From an uncultured Actinomycetota bacterium (lineage in GTDB: Bacteria; Actinomycetota; Actinomycetes; Mycobacteriales; QHCD01), in NCBI GenBank assembly GCA_963837545.1, contig CAWINQ010000004.1, positions 44,838 to 108,837 on the forward strand: 64,000 nt of DNA, written 5' to 3'. The notes under the pieces were generated by a model. It had not been told where the DNA came from and searched no databases. It was given only the letters and a program-made list of their open reading frames with translations. Below are positions 39,775 through 47,497 of the stretch, in pieces. A program made the position numbers and the translations under genes. Positions within the stretch are counted from its first letter, which is position 1. Each line of letters opens with the position of its first letter.

Positions 39775-40234
39775 AGATGATCTGGCCACCGGCCGCCATG
39801 TCGTAGAACTCTCCGACCGTGATGATGTCCTTGACCTGCCCGATGAAGTCGTCCGCGGTGAACCCGAAGAGATCGACCGAGGCCTTGCAGGCGTACAGGC
39901 CTGCGCCGGTGTCGGCGATCATCTCGATGAATTCGGGGATCGGCGGGATGTCCTGGGATTCCATCTTGCCGGCCAGGTAGCGTGTCATCGCCGCGGAGGC
40001 ACCGGGCAGGCCACCGGCCCAGGTGGCGAGGTGCAGCCCCGGGTTACCGACGGTCGCAAGCTTGATGTGTTCGTACCGCGACTTGTGCACGGCGTCCAGC
40101 CCGAAGAAGGTGAAGAACAGGTTGGCCTCGATGCCCTCCGCCCGGGCGCCGTTCGCCATGATCAACGCTGGGTAGATCCCCTCGAGGGACCCCTTGGAGA
40201 CGACGATCGATACCTTTTCGATGGTGTCGGTCAC
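39767..40234 (-). CDS. DsrE/DsrF-like sulfur-relay family protein
   Basis: KVSIVVSKGSLEGIYPALIMANGA...LFFTFFGLDAV...GLYACKASVDLFG matches the DsrE2/YrkE-type pattern with the conserved Cys. GTG 40234 follows GAAGGAG. GTG 40255 is an alternative start. Confidence 0.7.
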   Translation of the reverse strand: MTDTIEKVSIVVSKGSLEGIYPALIMANGARAEGIEANLFFTFFGLDAVHKSRYEHIKLATVGNPGLHLATWAGGLPGASAAMTRYLAGKMESQDIPPIPEFIEMIADTGAGLYACKASVDLFGFTADDFIGQVKDIITVGEFYDMAAGGQIIFT

Positions 40235-40255
40235 GATAAGCACTCCTTCGTGCAC

Positions 40256-40573
40256 TCAGATGCAGCCGCGGGGCTTGGGGATCCCGGCGATCTTCGCCGC
40301 GAGCTTCGCCGGTCCCTTGGGGAACAGCTGATAGAGCTCCTTGACGCTCACCCCGGAGGTCTTGCCGAGCGACCGGACGGTCGGTCCGGTGCCCTTCTCG
40401 TCGTACTCGTGGCGCATGAACTTGATGACCTGCCAATGCCGGTCGGTCAGGTCGTCGACACCGGTCTGGTGCGCGATGTCCGGCACCATCTCCTCGCGCC
40501 ACTGCTGCGGCTCGGTGAAGAATCCTTCGTCGTCCAGCGTGACCTCGGTGCCGGCGTACGTGGCGGTGGGCAT
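40256..40573 (-). CDS. TusE/DsrC/DsvC family sulfur-relay protein
   Basis: 105 aa. Contains DDEGFFTEPQQW and HWQVIKFMRHEY. The C-terminal arm IPKPRGCI has a penultimate Cys, and no second Cys lies about 10 residues upstream, so it is TusE-like. Confidence 0.85.
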   Translation of the reverse strand: MPTATYAGTEVTLDDEGFFTEPQQWREEMVPDIAHQTGVDDLTDRHWQVIKFMRHEYDEKGTGPTVRSLGKTSGVSVKELYQLFPKGPAKLAAKIAGIPKPRGCI

Positions 40574-40582
40574 GGCATCTCC

Positions 40583-41830
40583 TCAGTGGTCCGCGCCGAC
40601 GGGGAATTCCTTGCCGGCGCGCGGCATCGTGCTGGACACCCCGGGGATGTCCCGGGCCGGAAGCAGGCTGTGCCAGTACAGCCAGGCGAACATGAGCTTG
40701 CCGAGATGGTTGAGCCTGGAGTCCTTGAGCAGCGGCAGTCCGACTGCGCCGGGGTAATGGCCCGGCAGCGGCTCGGTGTCGTAATTGAAGTCGATGAGCA
40801 GCGCCTTGTGGAAACCGCTTTCGATGAAGCAGTTCGTGTGGCCGTCGAAGCTGGCGTCGGGTTCCTGGCCGGCCAGGAACCGGCCGACGTTGCGGGCCAG
40901 GACCTCGCCCTCGAAGTGGGTCACCGACCCCGCCTTCGACGTCGGGACGGCGGCGGCGTCGCCGAGGACGAAAATGTTGGGGCGCGCCTTCGATTGCAGC
41001 GTGTGCTCGTCGACGGGGACGAAGTCGAACTCGTCGCCGAGCCCGGTGGAGCGCCCGACATAGGCGGCGCCACCGTGCAGCGGGACGACGACGGCCAGGT
41101 CGAAGTCGACACGACGGTCGTCGAAGGAGATCAACCGGCCGGCGTCACCGTCGACCTCCCCGGTGTTGAACTCGGTGACCAGCTCGATGCCCTTCTCCTC
41201 GAGCAGGCCGGCGAGAGCGTGCGACGCGACCGGCTTGGTGAACGCCCCGTCCAGCGGCGTGACATAGGTCAGCTCGACGGAGTCCCGGATTCCGCGCTCA
41301 CGGAAGTACCAGTCGGCCAGGAAGCAGAACTCCAGCGGCGCCACCGGGCACTTGATCGGCAGGTCGACGACGTTCACCACGACGCGGCCGCCGCGGAAGT
41401 CCCGCAGCGCCGTCTCCAATGCCGCGGCGCCGGCCAGGTCGTAGAAGGTGAAGACCTTGGTCAGCCAGCCCGGGCCGGTGAGACCCTCGGTCTCGTCGGT
41501 GAGCAGCCGCGCACCCGAGGCGATGACCAGCACGTCGTAGGCCAGCACACTCCCGTCACCCAGGTGGACCTGATCGTTTTCGATGTCGACGTCGTGGACG
41601 GTCGACTTGCGGTACCCGATGCCGGCGTGGAGCTGCCGGGGCCGGGACCGGACGAGGTCCTCGGGGTCCGCCAGCCCGAACGGCAGGAACAGCAGCCCCG
41701 GCTGGTAGATGTGGGCGTCGTCCCGGTCCACGACCGTGATCTCGACCTCCTCGGCCTGGGCACGCCGCAGTCGGTTCGCCGCGATGGTGCCTCCGGTGCC
41801 CCCACCGAGGATCACGACCTGCTTCGTCAT
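40583..41830 (-). CDS. FAD-dependent pyridine nucleotide-disulfide oxidoreductase, sulfide:quinone oxidoreductase-like
   Basis: VVILGGGTGGTIAANRL dinucleotide fold, with Cys in IKCPVAP and GHTNCFIE at SQR-like positions. Confidence 0.75.
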   Translation of the reverse strand: MTKQVVILGGGTGGTIAANRLRRAQAEEVEITVVDRDDAHIYQPGLLFLPFGLADPEDLVRSRPRQLHAGIGYRKSTVHDVDIENDQVHLGDGSVLAYDVLVIASGARLLTDETEGLTGPGWLTKVFTFYDLAGAAALETALRDFRGGRVVVNVVDLPIKCPVAPLEFCFLADWYFRERGIRDSVELTYVTPLDGAFTKPVASHALAGLLEEKGIELVTEFNTGEVDGDAGRLISFDDRRVDFDLAVVVPLHGGAAYVGRSTGLGDEFDFVPVDEHTLQSKARPNIFVLGDAAAVPTSKAGSVTHFEGEVLARNVGRFLAGQEPDASFDGHTNCFIESGFHKALLIDFNYDTEPLPGHYPGAVGLPLLKDSRLNHLGKLMFAWLYWHSLLPARDIPGVSSTMPRAGKEFPVGADH

Positions 41831-41903
41831 GCTCCTCAGTCTTCGGTGGACCGCTCGTGGCTCACAGGGTCATAGGTCCCCGGCGCGTCCTGCCGAAAGT
41901 CGG

Positions 41904-42863
41904 TCAGCCGATCAACTCGGCCGTGGTCAGATGCGGCCGCCCCAGTTCCTCGCCTCCGACCTGGAGGGCGTACAGGCCGGTCGAGACGCGCTCCAGGAAG
42001 CCCCACTCCCAGATCGCCGCCTCGTCCATCCCGCTGCGGGTCGCGAGCAGCCGGCAGTAGCGACGGGCCAGCAGCCGTGGTTCGGGCGCGGCCAGCAGCT
42101 CCGGACACCAGTCGCGCAGCACGACGCCGAGGTCGTAGGCCGGATCGCCGACGAACCCGTCCGGATCGACGAAGACGAACCCGGACTCGGCTCCGGGCCG
42201 GGCCACCGGAGCACGCAGAGCGTTGGCCGGCGCCGCGTCACCGTGCACGACGACGCAGCGGTCGTCGTCGAACGCGGCAGCGCGTCGTTCGGCGAACTCC
42301 AGAGCCCGGGCGACCACCTGCTCCGGGCAGGGCCGGCCGAGCTCCTCCCACAGCCCGGCGACCAGCTCAGCGAGCCCGCTCGCCTTGTTCAGCGCCGGGT
42401 CGGCCGGCGGTCCCGGGTCGCGCGGGACCGCCCACGCCAGGCGCAGCAGGCCGCAGAGCGTTTCGATCTGGCGCTCGGGCGTCCGCCCGACCCGGTTCAG
42501 CGATGGGCCGAGACTCTCCAGCAGCATCGCGTGCCGGTCGTCGTCGTGGGCGTACAACTCGACGTAACCCCGACCGCCGGCAGCCGCTATGGTCCGCACC
42601 TCGCGGGCGAAAAGGGGGTCGGGCAGGCAGACCTTGACGACCGCATCGGTTCCCTGCGCGGTCCGCGCCCTGGCGACGTAACCGGTGAAACCACCGGTCA
42701 ACGGCTCCCCGATCTCGATCGACCAGCGCCGCTCGAGGTCGGTGAGCCGCGTGGCCAGCCCGGCCAGCCACGCCTCCCCCGCTCCGCCGAGGTGCAGCGC
42801 CTTCTGGCGGACCACAGGGGACACGAGGACGTCCCGGTCGGTCCTGGGCGGCCGTCGTCGCAT
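41904..42863 (-). CDS. aminoglycoside phosphotransferase family kinase (APH(6)/Hur-like)
   Basis: VVHGDAAPANAL (catalytic HGD..N) and FVDPDGFVGDPAYDLGVVLRDW. Confidence 0.7.
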   Translation of the reverse strand: MRRRPPRTDRDVLVSPVVRQKALHLGGAGEAWLAGLATRLTDLERRWSIEIGEPLTGGFTGYVARARTAQGTDAVVKVCLPDPLFAREVRTIAAAGGRGYVELYAHDDDRHAMLLESLGPSLNRVGRTPERQIETLCGLLRLAWAVPRDPGPPADPALNKASGLAELVAGLWEELGRPCPEQVVARALEFAERRAAAFDDDRCVVVHGDAAPANALRAPVARPGAESGFVFVDPDGFVGDPAYDLGVVLRDWCPELLAAPEPRLLARRYCRLLATRSGMDEAAIWEWGFLERVSTGLYALQVGGEELGRPHLTTAELIG

Positions 42864-42872
42864 CGACGCCGT

Positions 42873-43388
42873 CTAGTCGAAGACCCCGCCGGCGGTCTGC
42901 ACGCGCAGGTCCTCCAGCGTCTCGATCTGCTCGTGCGCCCGGTCAAGCAGCAGGTCCAGACGCTGGACGTCGAAGCGGCCGTCCCGCTCGCCCAGATCGC
43001 GCAGCGTGCGCCATCCCGCGGCCTTGCCCTCGACGCCCAGGCGCAGCGTCTCCAGTTCGATCAGGCTGCTGAGCGGGGACCGGCCGCGCAGGTGGCCGTT
43101 GAGTTTGAGACGAGCGAGCCGTTCGGCGACCCACGCGCCCCAGATCTTGTAGTGGCGGGTCGGGACGCCGAGTTTGGCCATCATGTCCAGTAGTGCACCG
43201 CGGTCCTCAGCGATCTCGCTCGCGTGACGGGCGAGGGTGCCCCCCATCGGCGAGCCGCGGTGGGCCGCCGCGAGCCGGCGGGCGAGCTGGACACCGCCGG
43301 TCGCCCCGGCCAGATGGTCGTTGAGATAGACGCCGAGAAGATCGGACCCGGACCGGTCTGTCTCCGCGTGTCCACGGACCCTCGCCAT
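42873..43388 (-). CDS. hypothetical protein (helical, no motif recognised)
   Basis: ORF track, 171 aa with coding-like G/C third positions. It ends 10 nt upstream of the APH-like gene start. Confidence 0.5.
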   Translation of the reverse strand: MARVRGHAETDRSGSDLLGVYLNDHLAGATGGVQLARRLAAAHRGSPMGGTLARHASEIAEDRGALLDMMAKLGVPTRHYKIWGAWVAERLARLKLNGHLRGRSPLSSLIELETLRLGVEGKAAGWRTLRDLGERDGRFDVQRLDLLLDRAHEQIETLEDLRVQTAGGVFD

Positions 43389-43499
43389 GACTCCTCCTGC
43401 TCCGACGGCGGGCTCGTGCCCGCGCCCGGCACCCTACCGGTAACCGGTTCGGCGCCTCGGCCTGTGAGCGGACTTGTCCCTGCGGCTACATTTCCGAAG

Positions 43500-44528
43500 A
43501 TGAGCACCGCAGAGCGCTGGGTCGTGGTCGGCCTCGACAACGGCGGGACGGCGAACAACGCCACCGCACTCGACTCCTCGGGCCGATTCCTCGTCGACCA
43601 GCTCGTCGAGACACCAAGCTTCGTGCAGGAGGGCCCCGGGGTCGCGGTGGAGGCTCTGGTCCAGGCCCTGGAGAACGTCCTCAAGATCACCGCGGTCCCC
43701 CAGTCCGCGCTCCGGGCGATCGGCCTGGATACTCCGGGACCGGCCAGCGCCGACGGCGTGATCTCCTCGAAGGGAGCCACGAACTTCTCCCAGCCGGCCT
43801 GGCGCGGGTTCGACATCCGCGGTGCGCTGCAGGAACGGGTCGGGGTGCCGGTCATCTACAACAACGACGGCAACGCCGCGGCACTTTACGCCCATCACGC
43901 GCATTTCGGGGCACAATCGGCGGCCCGCTCGTCGATCTCCGCGATCGTCGGCACCGGCCTGGGTGGCGGGGTGATCGAGTCCGGGCAGGTCGTCCGCGGG
44001 GCCGCCGGCATGGCCGGGGAGCTCGGCCACGTGCATATCCCCATGCCCGGCCTCCTCGAGGAGGGGCAGCCGATTCCGGCGTGCAACTGCGGCAGCGTCG
44101 GCGACGTCGAGAGCATCGCCTCGCTGTGCGGGATCGAGAACAACCTGCTGCCCTACTGGCTGACCCGCTTCGAGGGCCACGAGCTCGGCGGCGTGGCCTC
44201 CACGGCGAAGGCCGCACGGCTCGTCCGGACCCTGGGCGAGCGGGGCGACCCGCTGGCGCTGCGGATCTTCGAGCAGCAGGCCATGGCGCTCGGACGGCTC
44301 TTCAGCATCGCCGCGAACTACAGCGACCCGCACGCCTACTTCCTCGGCGGAGGCGTGGTCGAGACCACACCGGCGTTCCGGGAGTGGTTCCTCGCCAAGG
44401 TGCGCGAGCACAGCGCCCTGCGGGAGGAGCAGGAGCGCGTCGCGACCTTCGCCCTGGTCCCGGATCTGGACATGGCGGGCGCCCGTGGATCCGCGGTGGC
44501 GGCCGCTGAATCGCTGTCCGATCGCTGA
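43500..44528 (+). CDS. ROK family sugar kinase/regulator
   Basis: VVVGLDNGGTANNA, GTGLGGGVIESG and ELGHVHIP...ACNCGSVGDVES (ROK zinc-motif region). ATG at 43500. Confidence 0.85.
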   Translation: MSTAERWVVVGLDNGGTANNATALDSSGRFLVDQLVETPSFVQEGPGVAVEALVQALENVLKITAVPQSALRAIGLDTPGPASADGVISSKGATNFSQPAWRGFDIRGALQERVGVPVIYNNDGNAAALYAHHAHFGAQSAARSSISAIVGTGLGGGVIESGQVVRGAAGMAGELGHVHIPMPGLLEEGQPIPACNCGSVGDVESIASLCGIENNLLPYWLTRFEGHELGGVASTAKAARLVRTLGERGDPLALRIFEQQAMALGRLFSIAANYSDPHAYFLGGGVVETTPAFREWFLAKVREHSALREEQERVATFALVPDLDMAGARGSAVAAAESLSDR

Positions 44529-44561
44529 CATACCGCCCCGGAGAGGCACATCCGCTGCGTA

Positions 44562-45932
44562 GTGTCGAGGTATGAAAGTCACCCCGGCATGAGCGGGTAC
44601 CGGAGCGTCGACGTGCCGGCCGCGGAGGTCCGCGAGGTCCTCGGCCGGCACCTTCTGGTCGAGGCGTTCCGATTGGTCCTGGATCCCGCGCGCAGCCGGG
44701 GCGCGTGGCTGGTGGACGCGATCACCGGCGATCGGTACCTGGACTTCTACACCTTCTTCGCCTCCGCCCCACTGGGCGCCAACCCGCCCGGCGTCGTCGA
44801 CGATCCGCAGTTCATGGCGACCCTCGCCGAGATCGCCGCGAACAAGCCCGCGAACTCCGACATCTACTCGAGCCAGCTCGCCGAGTTCAGCGAGACGTTC
44901 TTCCGGGTCCTCGGCGACCCCGCCCTGCCCCACCTGTTCTTCGTCGAGGGCGGCGCGCTGGCCGTCGAGAACGCCCTCAAGACGGCGTTCGACTGGAAGA
45001 GCCGGCGCAACGAGGCGGCAGGTCGCTCGCGTGACCTGGGCACCCAGGTCATGCATCTGACCAAGGCGTTCCACGGACGCAGCGGCTACACGCTGTCGCT
45101 CACCAATACCGATCCGGTGAAGATCGACCGCTATCCGCGGTTCTCCTGGCCGCGTCTCGACGTCCCGATGATGCACTTCCCGATCGAGGCCCACCTCGCG
45201 GACGTGGAGGCCGCCGAGGAGCACGCGCTGGCGCAGGCCCGCGCGGCGTTCGCGGCCCACCCCCACGACATCGCCTGCTTCCTCGCCGAGCCGATCCAGG
45301 GCGAGGGCGGCGACAACCACATGCGGCCGCAGTTCCTCCAGGCCATGCAGCAGCTGTGCCTCGACAACGACGCGCTGTTCGTCCTCGACGAGGTCCAGAC
45401 CGGGGTCGGGGTGACCGGCACCCCGTGGGCCTACCAGCAGCTGGGGCTGGAGCCGGACGTGGTCGCCTTCGCCAAGAAGGTCCAGGTCGGCGGCATCATG
45501 GCCGGGCGCCGGGTCGACCAGGTGCCCGACAACGTGTTCGAAGTCCCCAGCCGCATCGGTTCGACCTGGGGCGGCGGGCTGGTCGACATGGTCCGCTCCC
45601 GCCGGATCCTGGAGATCATCGAGCGCGACGGACTCTTCGACCACGCCTCGCGGGTGGGGAAGTGGTTCCTCGCCCAGCTGCAGAATCTCGGCGACCGGCA
45701 CCCGGAGACCGTGTCCAACGTCCGTGGTCGTGGGCTGATGTGCGCGTTCGACCTGCCGGACACGCCGACCCGGGACGCGGCGATCGCCCGGCTCCACCAG
45801 GAGCACGTCCTCGTCCTGCCCTGCGGCGGCCGGTCGATACGGTTCCGGCCACCCCTGCAGATCACCGAAGACGAGCTCGACATCGGGCTCGCCGCACTCG
45901 ATCGGGTCCTCGCCCTCCCACTCGGATGGTGA
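44562..45932 (+). CDS. lat: L-lysine 6-transaminase (lysine epsilon-aminotransferase)
   Basis: YLDFYTFFASAPLGANPPGVVDDPQF...NKPANSDIYS...GDPALPHLFFVEGGALAVENALKTAFDWKSR closely matches my recollection of mycobacterial Lat. ATG 44589 is an alternative start. Confidence 0.85.
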   Translation: MSRYESHPGMSGYRSVDVPAAEVREVLGRHLLVEAFRLVLDPARSRGAWLVDAITGDRYLDFYTFFASAPLGANPPGVVDDPQFMATLAEIAANKPANSDIYSSQLAEFSETFFRVLGDPALPHLFFVEGGALAVENALKTAFDWKSRRNEAAGRSRDLGTQVMHLTKAFHGRSGYTLSLTNTDPVKIDRYPRFSWPRLDVPMMHFPIEAHLADVEAAEEHALAQARAAFAAHPHDIACFLAEPIQGEGGDNHMRPQFLQAMQQLCLDNDALFVLDEVQTGVGVTGTPWAYQQLGLEPDVVAFAKKVQVGGIMAGRRVDQVPDNVFEVPSRIGSTWGGGLVDMVRSRRILEIIERDGLFDHASRVGKWFLAQLQNLGDRHPETVSNVRGRGLMCAFDLPDTPTRDAAIARLHQEHVLVLPCGGRSIRFRPPLQITEDELDIGLAALDRVLALPLGW

Positions 45933-45937
45933 CCTCC

Positions 45938-47497
45938 ATGGCACGCCACATCTCGTCCGTGATCTCCGGACGGTCCGTCGCCGACCGGGCCGACACCCGT
46001 CTCGACTCCCGAAATCCGGCCGACACCGACGACGTCGTCGCCACGGTGGCGCTCGGGACGGCCGGCACGTTCGTCGACGCCTGCCGGGCGGCGCGGGAGG
46101 CACAGCGGGCGTGGGCCGACGTACCCGCACCGGTGCGCGGCCGCGCCATCGCCCAGATCGGCCGACTGGTCGAGGACAACGCCGAATCCCTGGCCCGGCT
46201 CGTCACCCGCGAGATCGGCAAGCCCTACCAGGAGGCGCTCGGCGAGGTCCGGGAGATCGTCGACACCTGCGACTTCTTCCTCGGCGAGGGCCGCCGGCTC
46301 TACGGCCAGACCGTCCCGAGCGAGATGCCGGACAAGGCGCTGTTCACCTTCCGCAACCCGGTCGGAGTCGTCTCGGTGATCACGGCGGGGAACTTCCCGG
46401 TCGCGGTGCCGTCGTGGTACCTCGTGCCCGCACTGCTGTGCGGCAACTCCGTGGTCTGGAAGCCGGCCGACTACTCACCGGCCTGCGGCGAGGCGCTCTA
46501 CGACCTGTTCGTGCACGGCGGGGGGCTGCCGGACGGCGTACTCAACCTCGTACTGGCCGACGGGACGCACACCTTCGCCGGGCTGGAACAGGCGCTGGAG
46601 GCCGGCCTGGTCGACAAGGTCGGCTTCACCGGGTCGTCCGCGGTGGGCGCGGAGATCGGCGCGCTGGCCGGGCGGCACCTGCAGTCGGCCTGCCTGGAAC
46701 TCGGCGGCAAGAACCCCATGGTGATCACGCCGAGCGCCCCGCTCGACCTCGCCGTCGAGGGGGCACTCTTCTCCGGATTCGGCACCGCCGGCCAGCGGTG
46801 CACCTCGCTGGGGACGGTGATCGTGCACGAGTCCGTGCACGATGAATTCGTCACCCGGTTCGCCACCGCGACCCGGGAGGCCCGGATCGGCGACCCGTTC
46901 CAGGACGTGGTCTGCGGACCGATGCTCGACCAGAAGTTCGCCGACCGGTTCGAGGACTATCTGGGCTGGATCGCCCCGCACCACAAGGTCCTGGGCTCCT
47001 CGGGCACGGGGCGGATCACCGCGCAGAACCCCAGGGCCGGCTTCGTCGGTGACCCGTCGGCCGGCATCTACTACCACCCGATGATCGTCGACGGCGTCCG
47101 CCCCGACGACGACCTCTTCCGTACCGAGACCTTCGGTCCCCTCGTCGGCGTGACGACCTATTCGACGCTGGACGAGGCGATCGCGCTGGCGAACGCGCCC
47201 GGCTACGGCCTGTCCTCCTCGATCTACACCACCGACCCGGCCGAGGCCTTCCGGTTCCGCCGCGGGATCTCGGCGGGCATGGTCAGCGTCAACAACTCCA
47301 CCTCGGGTGCGGAGGCCCACCTGCCGTTCGGCGGCAACGGCAAGTCGGGCAACGGCAGCCGGCAGTCCGGCATCTGGGTGCTCGACCAGTTCACCCGCTG
47401 GCAGGCGATGAACTGGGACTACTCCGGCCGACTGCAGAAGGCGCAGATGGATGTCGCCGAACTCACCGGTGACGCGGGCTTCCGGCTGGACGGTTGA
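45938..47497 (+). CDS. pcd: aldehyde dehydrogenase, piperideine-6-carboxylate dehydrogenase-like
   Basis: FTGSSAVGAEIG, CLELGGKNPMVI and GQRCTSLGTVIVHE. ATG 45938 lies 6 nt after the lat stop. Confidence 0.85.
   Translation: MARHISSVISGRSVADRADTRLDSRNPADTDDVVATVALGTAGTFVDACRAAREAQRAWADVPAPVRGRAIAQIGRLVEDNAESLARLVTREIGKPYQEALGEVREIVDTCDFFLGEGRRLYGQTVPSEMPDKALFTFRNPVGVVSVITAGNFPVAVPSWYLVPALLCGNSVVWKPADYSPACGEALYDLFVHGGGLPDGVLNLVLADGTHTFAGLEQALEAGLVDKVGFTGSSAVGAEIGALAGRHLQSACLELGGKNPMVITPSAPLDLAVEGALFSGFGTAGQRCTSLGTVIVHESVHDEFVTRFATATREARIGDPFQDVVCGPMLDQKFADRFEDYLGWIAPHHKVLGSSGTGRITAQNPRAGFVGDPSAGIYYHPMIVDGVRPDDDLFRTETFGPLVGVTTYSTLDEAIALANAPGYGLSSSIYTTDPAEAFRFRRGISAGMVSVNNSTSGAEAHLPFGGNGKSGNGSRQSGIWVLDQFTRWQAMNWDYSGRLQKAQMDVAELTGDAGFRLDG

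Noticed and set aside
37973-44600. Genomic island or prophage downstream of tRNA-Arg.
   Set aside because: I found no integrase, transposase or phage genes, and I noticed no att-like duplicate of the tRNA 3' end. I kept it only as a synteny-break observation.
43434-46130. 898-aa minus-strand ORF.
   Set aside because: It is antisense to the ROK kinase, lat and the pcd start, all of which have clear family motifs on the + strand.
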